Assembly: GCA_030770535.1 (NCBI GenBank)
Contig: JASVEC010000104.1
Location: 1 to 57,015, forward strand
Source: Batkoa obscura
Taxonomy: Eukaryota
Length of the DNA: 57,015 bases
Reading direction: 5' to 3'
Shown: in pieces, positions 51,608-57,015 of the stretch
Numbering within the stretch: the stretch's first letter is position 1
How the letters are laid out: each line of letters starts with the position of its first letter
Program-made: the position numbers and the translations under genes
Notes under the pieces: generated by a model
What the model was told of the DNA's origin: nothing
What the model saw: only the letters and a program-made list of their open reading frames with translations
The model's database searches: none

Positions 51608-52414
51608 TCAATATGGAGATTTTTCTGGTTCATTATTATTGTTTTCAATTGACTCTTTTCTTTTATAAGTATAGAGATGATATAGGCCAAAACCGAGAGT
51701 AAGTACAATATAGATGACTAGAGTAGAAATAGAGATCGATTTGGTATATGTGTCTATGTATTCAAGGTTCTCTACATTCAGATAAACAGCACCTGTGAAG
51801 ATAAGTCTATACCCATTAGAGAAAAGAAAACCACCAACTATAGAAGCTGTAATTACTTCAAACAATCGTTTATAGAAGCCGCATAAAACACCAAGAATGA
51901 TGCCTAAACCAATAGTCAAACAGCCTATAGCAATAGCATTTCCAGTAGTGACACCAATAGCCAATCCGATCATCATGCCACATGCTAAACCTACTAAAAC
52001 AATACCAAATTTACCATAGATAGCAGCTAAAATACCAATCACTAGTCCAAGTACAAGAGATACTATAAGTAAAATAATAAATGCTTTGAACACTCCCCCA
52101 AATGGATTATCTCTTTCGAGTAGAGAAGGATCCGTAAACAAAGGTTTGACTTTATTGAAATAAATTATTATTGTACCAATTAACATTGAAATAAAACTAA
52201 TGACTACTAAACCACCAAAGAAATATAATACTTTAATTACTCTGCGACCAAATATTAAAAATACTAATCCTAACACTAATAATACTACTCCAATCCCTAT
52301 TAATGCTTTAGAATAAATTTGAAGCATATTGATCAAAAACCCATAAACTTTGCTCATCATTTCAGCTACAGCCTCTGAGCTTGCATCAATACTATGATCC
52401 ATATTATTATCCAT
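51608..52414 (-). CDS. DUF4203/TMEM198-like multi-pass membrane protein (intronless)
   Basis: 268 aa; close paralog of 45653-46474 and 55286-56092. Confidence 0.88.
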   Translation of the reverse strand: MDNNMDHSIDASSEAVAEMMSKVYGFLINMLQIYSKALIGIGVVLLVLGLVFLIFGRRVIKVLYFFGGLVVISFISMLIGTIIIYFNKVKPLFTDPSLLERDNPFGGVFKAFIILLIVSLVLGLVIGILAAIYGKFGIVLVGLACGMMIGLAIGVTTGNAIAIGCLTIGLGIILGVLCGFYKRLFEVITASIVGGFLFSNGYRLIFTGAVYLNVENLEYIDTYTKSISISTLVIYIVLTLGFGLYHLYTYKRKESIENNNNEPEKSPY

Positions 52415-52836
52415 ATTTTTATTATCAATTCAGTATAATAAGTTAAACTTTATTGTTTTTATTTTTATTTAATTGACATTATTTTTACATCTTTTTATAT
52501 CATCTAAGTTTATTACTATTGTACTTTTTGTTTCTATATTTAATCTAGGACGACGTTTTATGTTTTTGAATTCTACATTAATAAATTAAAAATAAAGCTT
52601 ATATAATGTTCCAAACATTGACCCCTAGTTTAGTTTAGTATTTATATGTTCCAAAACTACTTTGATTTAATATTAAGCTAACTTTATTGTTCTGATTTAT
52701 ACATAAATAATCTAAAATATCATGGTCAAAGTTAATATTACAAAGCATCAATAGCAGATATTAAATGAAACTTTTAGATAAATATTTCAAAGTCTGATAT
52801 AAACTGATTAATATAAAAGCTCTTTCTTTGTTCTAT

Positions 52837-52937
52837 GGGGATGTATTTTTTTTATTCAAGCATTTTACTAGCAATCTTTCCCCTCAAATAGCGCTTGAAA
52901 AATGGAAAAAGTAATGAAACCAAAAGAAACATCACCC
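52837..52937 (+). mobile_element. ~97-bp MITE copy 14 (atypical 8-bp flanking repeat)
   Basis: GGGGATGT...ACATCACCC flanked by TGTTCTAT on both sides. Confidence 0.88.
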
Positions 52938-53208
52938 TGTTCTATTACAAAAGTTTACAATAAATTAAATTCTTGATCAAGCATTTTTAGGTGTCTCATT
53001 CTTATTAATTAGAAAGAAAACGATGAATACTTTTTGTTCATGTTCTTTTAGCATTCTAAGCAAGTATTTACATTTCGTTGGATTTTTATTATTAAACATA
53101 TGAAATTAAAATAAGAAATAACTATAGTACCAATTAATTACATTATTGCGTAGTATATATTTATTTGAGACTTTTAGTATAGAGACTTTATTGAACATGA
53201 GTTAATAT

Positions 53209-53400
53209 GGGAATGTATTTTTTTAAGAATTCTACTGATAGCTTTTCCACTCAAATAGCGTTTAAAAAATAAAAAATGATGAAATCAAAGAAACATCACC
53301 ATATAGGGATATATTTAGTGTTTAAGAATTTTGGTAATAATTTTTCATTCAAATAGCGCTTAAAAGATGAAAAAAATAATGAACCCAAAAAAATACTCCC
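53209..53400 (+). mobile_element. Head-to-tail MITE dimer (copies 15 and 16: 53209-53300 and 53305-53400)
   Basis: Structure ATAT-element-ATAT-element-ATAT. Confidence 0.88.
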
Positions 53401-53964
53401 ATATATTAAGCTAGTTGAGAATAATTATAATATTTGCTGAAAAATAACATAAGTATCTAATTTTTTGATAAACGGATTTGCTCTTAACTTATAGTGAAAC
53501 ATATATGAAATTAGATGACTAAAAATAACCTCTCTTTAACTTCTACCATCCCTAGTAATGTTTTAGTCAAACTAAATGTTGGCTATATACATCTGTATCA
53601 TTAAAAATGAACTAGCTATAGCCCGCATTTTTATTAATGAATAGTGTTTGAATCCCGAGTTTGGGAATAGTTAAAAATTCCTGCCTAACATATATTTTTA
53701 ATACAACTGAAAAGCTATCGAAATCAATAGAAAAAAATTATTTAGACAGTTAAATTTATTTGATTAAAAGTTGGAAAGCTGAGAGATGCAAACTTACAAA
53801 ATGTTAAAAACTATTCAAATTATGTGTATAATATTAGGTATGATAATTCACAGTTTTCATGAGCAAGATCACTTAGTCAATTTTACTCTTTTTTTAATTA
53901 ATTCGTGTTTTTATAACTGTTGTTCCTAGCTTATTTAAGAGTTGATGGTTTTGCTAAAGCATTT

Positions 53965-54064
53965 GAGGATGCTTTTTTTTTATTTCATTACTTTTTCCAT
54001 TTTTTAAACACTATTTGAGCAGAGAAGTTGTTGGTAAAATTTTAGGCAAAGAAAATACATCCCC
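53965..54064 (-). mobile_element. ~97-bp MITE copy 17
   Basis: GAGGATGC...ACATCCCC, TSD ATTT/ATTT. Confidence 0.87.
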
Positions 54065-54429
54065 ATTTTCAAGTATAACATAGTAACACATAATACTATG
54101 AAAGAATTATGCGCATTATGTTGTATTTATTGAAGAAGTAAAGAAATCATTTAGTGAAATGGTTAGAGTACTAGAAATAAACTTAGATATAAGCAAACAA
54201 TTGAGATTAATAACAACACTGATAAGAACAAGTATAAATGCAATCATTTTTTACTATGATTTTGAAAAATTTTATTGGTTTTTTAATAGCTTGTATATGA
54301 AGTAACCTTAGATTAATATGTCTAAAAAAATGAAAAACGATTTGCTGCATAAAAATTCTCATTCTTAATATATTTATAATTTCTACCAACATAAAGATAT
54401 ATATGTTGAAGTTTGAAGTTTACTATATT

Positions 54430-54850
54430 TTCGTTAACTGCCATCACTATGGCTTACTGACATAGACAAATTCCACCGTTTAACGCCTTATCGATAATAT
54501 TGTTCCTCTGGATGTTCGTTACTATATATCTTTACGTGCATTTCCTCCTTACATCATTCAATCCATGCTTTCTAATATTTTAAGAACTATTTGCCCCAAT
54601 AAAACTTTAGTACTCAAGAGATTATGGACAACCCGTGGCAGTTTTGTTTCTTTACCTTATAGCCATAAACACACTTCCGCTTACCTTCTGAGTCCATTCA
54701 TTCTCACAAACCAAAGAGTAGCTCTCTGAGGAACTGAAGCTTGATGGACCGTATGAACCTTCTTTAGCTCTATTAGGGAGGTAAATACCTAAATATAATT
54801 CTTCTTTTCTAAAGGTTATCCATTAACAGGTAAACATCCCTTAAACCAGT
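54430..54850 (-). mobile_element. Possible decayed non-LTR reverse transcriptase fragment
   Basis: GC-richer island. The minus strand gives VNG*PLE..., LYLGIYL and MNGL...LKILE...GG across frameshifts, resembling the RT thumb region. Confidence 0.4.
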
Positions 54851-55285
54851 AACTTAACTATTAAAAAATTTTGTTGTTACAAACAAAGTATATGGGACTA
54901 AAGTCTTTTAATAAAAAAAGTTTATTATGTTATAAAACTAATATTTTTTTAATTCGATTGTTTTGAAAAAATTGAATAAACTAGTAAAAGCCATTTTGAA
55001 TAGAAGTACATTTAGTTTATTTAGTATATATCAAATTTTATAGATGATCCAAAGCCCTCTTTTATAGATAATATGAAAACGTTCTTCATTAAATGGATAA
55101 CAATTTTTAAAGAGTGTAATGGTATGCTAAGAACGCCACATACTAAAGCAAATATGTTAAGCAGTAGATTGTAAAGACGTTTATAGCCAGAAAATGTAGC
55201 TAAATTAGCCTCGAAAAACCAAGTAGATCATTTGAATCTAATACTTTTTCGAGGTTTATTATATTAAAATTTTGTCTAATCAATT

Positions 55286-56092
55286 TCAATAAGGATATTT
55301 TTTTGGATCACTAGTGTTCTTTTCCACTGATCCTTCCCTTTTATAAGTGAGAAAATGATATATACCGAACCCAAGAGTAACTACAATGTGAATAACTAAG
55401 GTAGAAATAGAAATTATCATAGGAAATTTTTCTAAAAATTCAGATCTATCTAGATTTAAATAGACAGCACCTGTGAAAATAAATCTATAGCCGTTAGCAA
55501 AAAGGAAACCACCGACTATAGCAGCTGTAAATACCTCAAACAAGCGTTTATAAATACCACACAAGACAGATAATATGATTCCAAAGCCCAAAGTTAAACA
55601 AATAATTGCAATACTATTTCCAGTAGGAAATCCAATAGTTAAACCAATCATCATTCCAGATCCTAAACCTACCAAAACTATACCAAATTTGCCAAATATA
55701 GCAGCCAAAATACCTATCAATAGTCCAAGCACAAGAGATATTGAAAGCAAAATAATAAACGAATCAAACATATCACTGAGTGGATTCTCACCTTGAAGCA
55801 AGGAAGAATCGGTAAATAAGGGCTTGACTTTTTGATAATAGATGATTATAGCACCAATAACCATTGAAACAAAACTGGTTACAAATAAGCCACCAACAAA
55901 ATATAATGCCTTTATTACTCCACGACCAAAGATCAAAAATATAAAACCCACTACCAACGACACTACTCCAACTCCTATTAATACTTTAAAGTAAATTTGA
56001 AACAAATGCATAAAAAAGACTGAAGCTCTAGTTATAATTTCAGCCCCAACATCCAAAGCAGGATTATCAGTAGATCCTATACCGTTATCCAT
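55286..56092 (-). CDS. DUF4203/TMEM198-like multi-pass membrane protein (intronless)
   Basis: ATG at 56092 (MDNGIGS...); closest paralog of 51608-52414, with homologous upstream DNA. Confidence 0.88.
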   Translation of the reverse strand: MDNGIGSTDNPALDVGAEIITRASVFFMHLFQIYFKVLIGVGVVSLVVGFIFLIFGRGVIKALYFVGGLFVTSFVSMVIGAIIIYYQKVKPLFTDSSLLQGENPLSDMFDSFIILLSISLVLGLLIGILAAIFGKFGIVLVGLGSGMMIGLTIGFPTGNSIAIICLTLGFGIILSVLCGIYKRLFEVFTAAIVGGFLFANGYRFIFTGAVYLNLDRSEFLEKFPMIISISTLVIHIVVTLGFGIYHFLTYKREGSVEKNTSDPKKYPY

Positions 56093-57015
56093 ATTACTTA
56101 TCACTAACTTATAAATTATTCTAAACTTTATTGTTTTTTTGATTACCTTCCTTTTTCTGTCTTTTTATAATATAATATTGCCTGCCATTATACTTTTTGG
56201 TCCCATATTTATTCCAGACGGTATCTTAAAACCTTGGTATTTTTTGAATTATGTAATACGCCTTTTGACAAAAAGTCCAGTACGTTTATATAATGTCTAA
56301 AAACTATGGGTCCCGATATATTCGATGATTTATTTGTTCCGAAAAAATCGTTTAACTTAATAACTATCCGTTTTATTATTTTGATAATATCTATAAGTAT
56401 AATTTGAGGTACTATAGTTAAGAGTAATAAGGCAAAGTATTAATAATGAATTTAGATGTAGGGTTTTAAAAAACATTTATAGTCAAGGTTAAATCTAAAT
56501 TGTTTACACCTTTGTTTTCAACTACACGTTCCTATAATCTTTTCTAAATAAATTAAACCGCTATCAAATAAGTCAATACCCACACTTGTTATTATTTGTA
56601 CCAAAAACAAGATTATTTTTATTCATGTTCTTTTAAAATTTATGCATAGTTTTCCATCAATAGAATTTTTAGTACTAATTTACAGTTGTTATAATTCTTT
56701 GCGACTTAATTGTTCATTTATGAAAAATATTAATAAATTTTACTAAAATTCAACGATTAGGTATCATAAAAATTGTTATGATACTTTAAAAATTACTTTT
56801 AAAGATACCAGCTAATACATCACTACATAGTATAGATATGTTCGGGACTTTTATTACAAAGATTATACTGGATGTATTAATGGATAGTTTCTCAAACTAC
56901 TTAAAAACAACAATGGTATTTATAGAGGCTATAAAAGCGTATATCATTTTCTGATAAATGTCCTAACTTTAATCTGTTACTAATATTTAGTTAGAGTTAT
57001 ATCGTTTTGAATTAA

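Overview
Very AT-rich eukaryotic DNA with short (about 45-95 nt) GT-AG introns and a Zn2Cys6 gene, so fungal; an early-diverging lineage such as Entomophthoromycotina is my inference from composition only. A housekeeping core (YRA1/ALYREF, two inverted histone H3 genes, a divergent NOT1 with a 1-nt frameshift, a UCH deubiquitinase) is flanked by repeat-rich accessory DNA. The accessory DNA holds eight copies of a DUF4203/TMEM198-like multi-pass membrane family (two with introns, four intronless, two pseudogenes), an intron-containing secreted CHAP-domain gene of bacterial type, a Kex2-type repeat precursor, a peptidase S41 pseudogene and LINE remnants. A 4-exon SCOC/Slo1-like gene missed by the ORF track and a tRNA-Pro(TGG) are also present. 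A ~97-bp MITE occurs in at least 17 copies with GGGGATGT...ACATCCCC ends and 4-bp AWWT target duplications (Sola-like); one copy marks the exact edge of a ~670-bp near-perfect inverted duplication. All calls are by eye; no searches were run.
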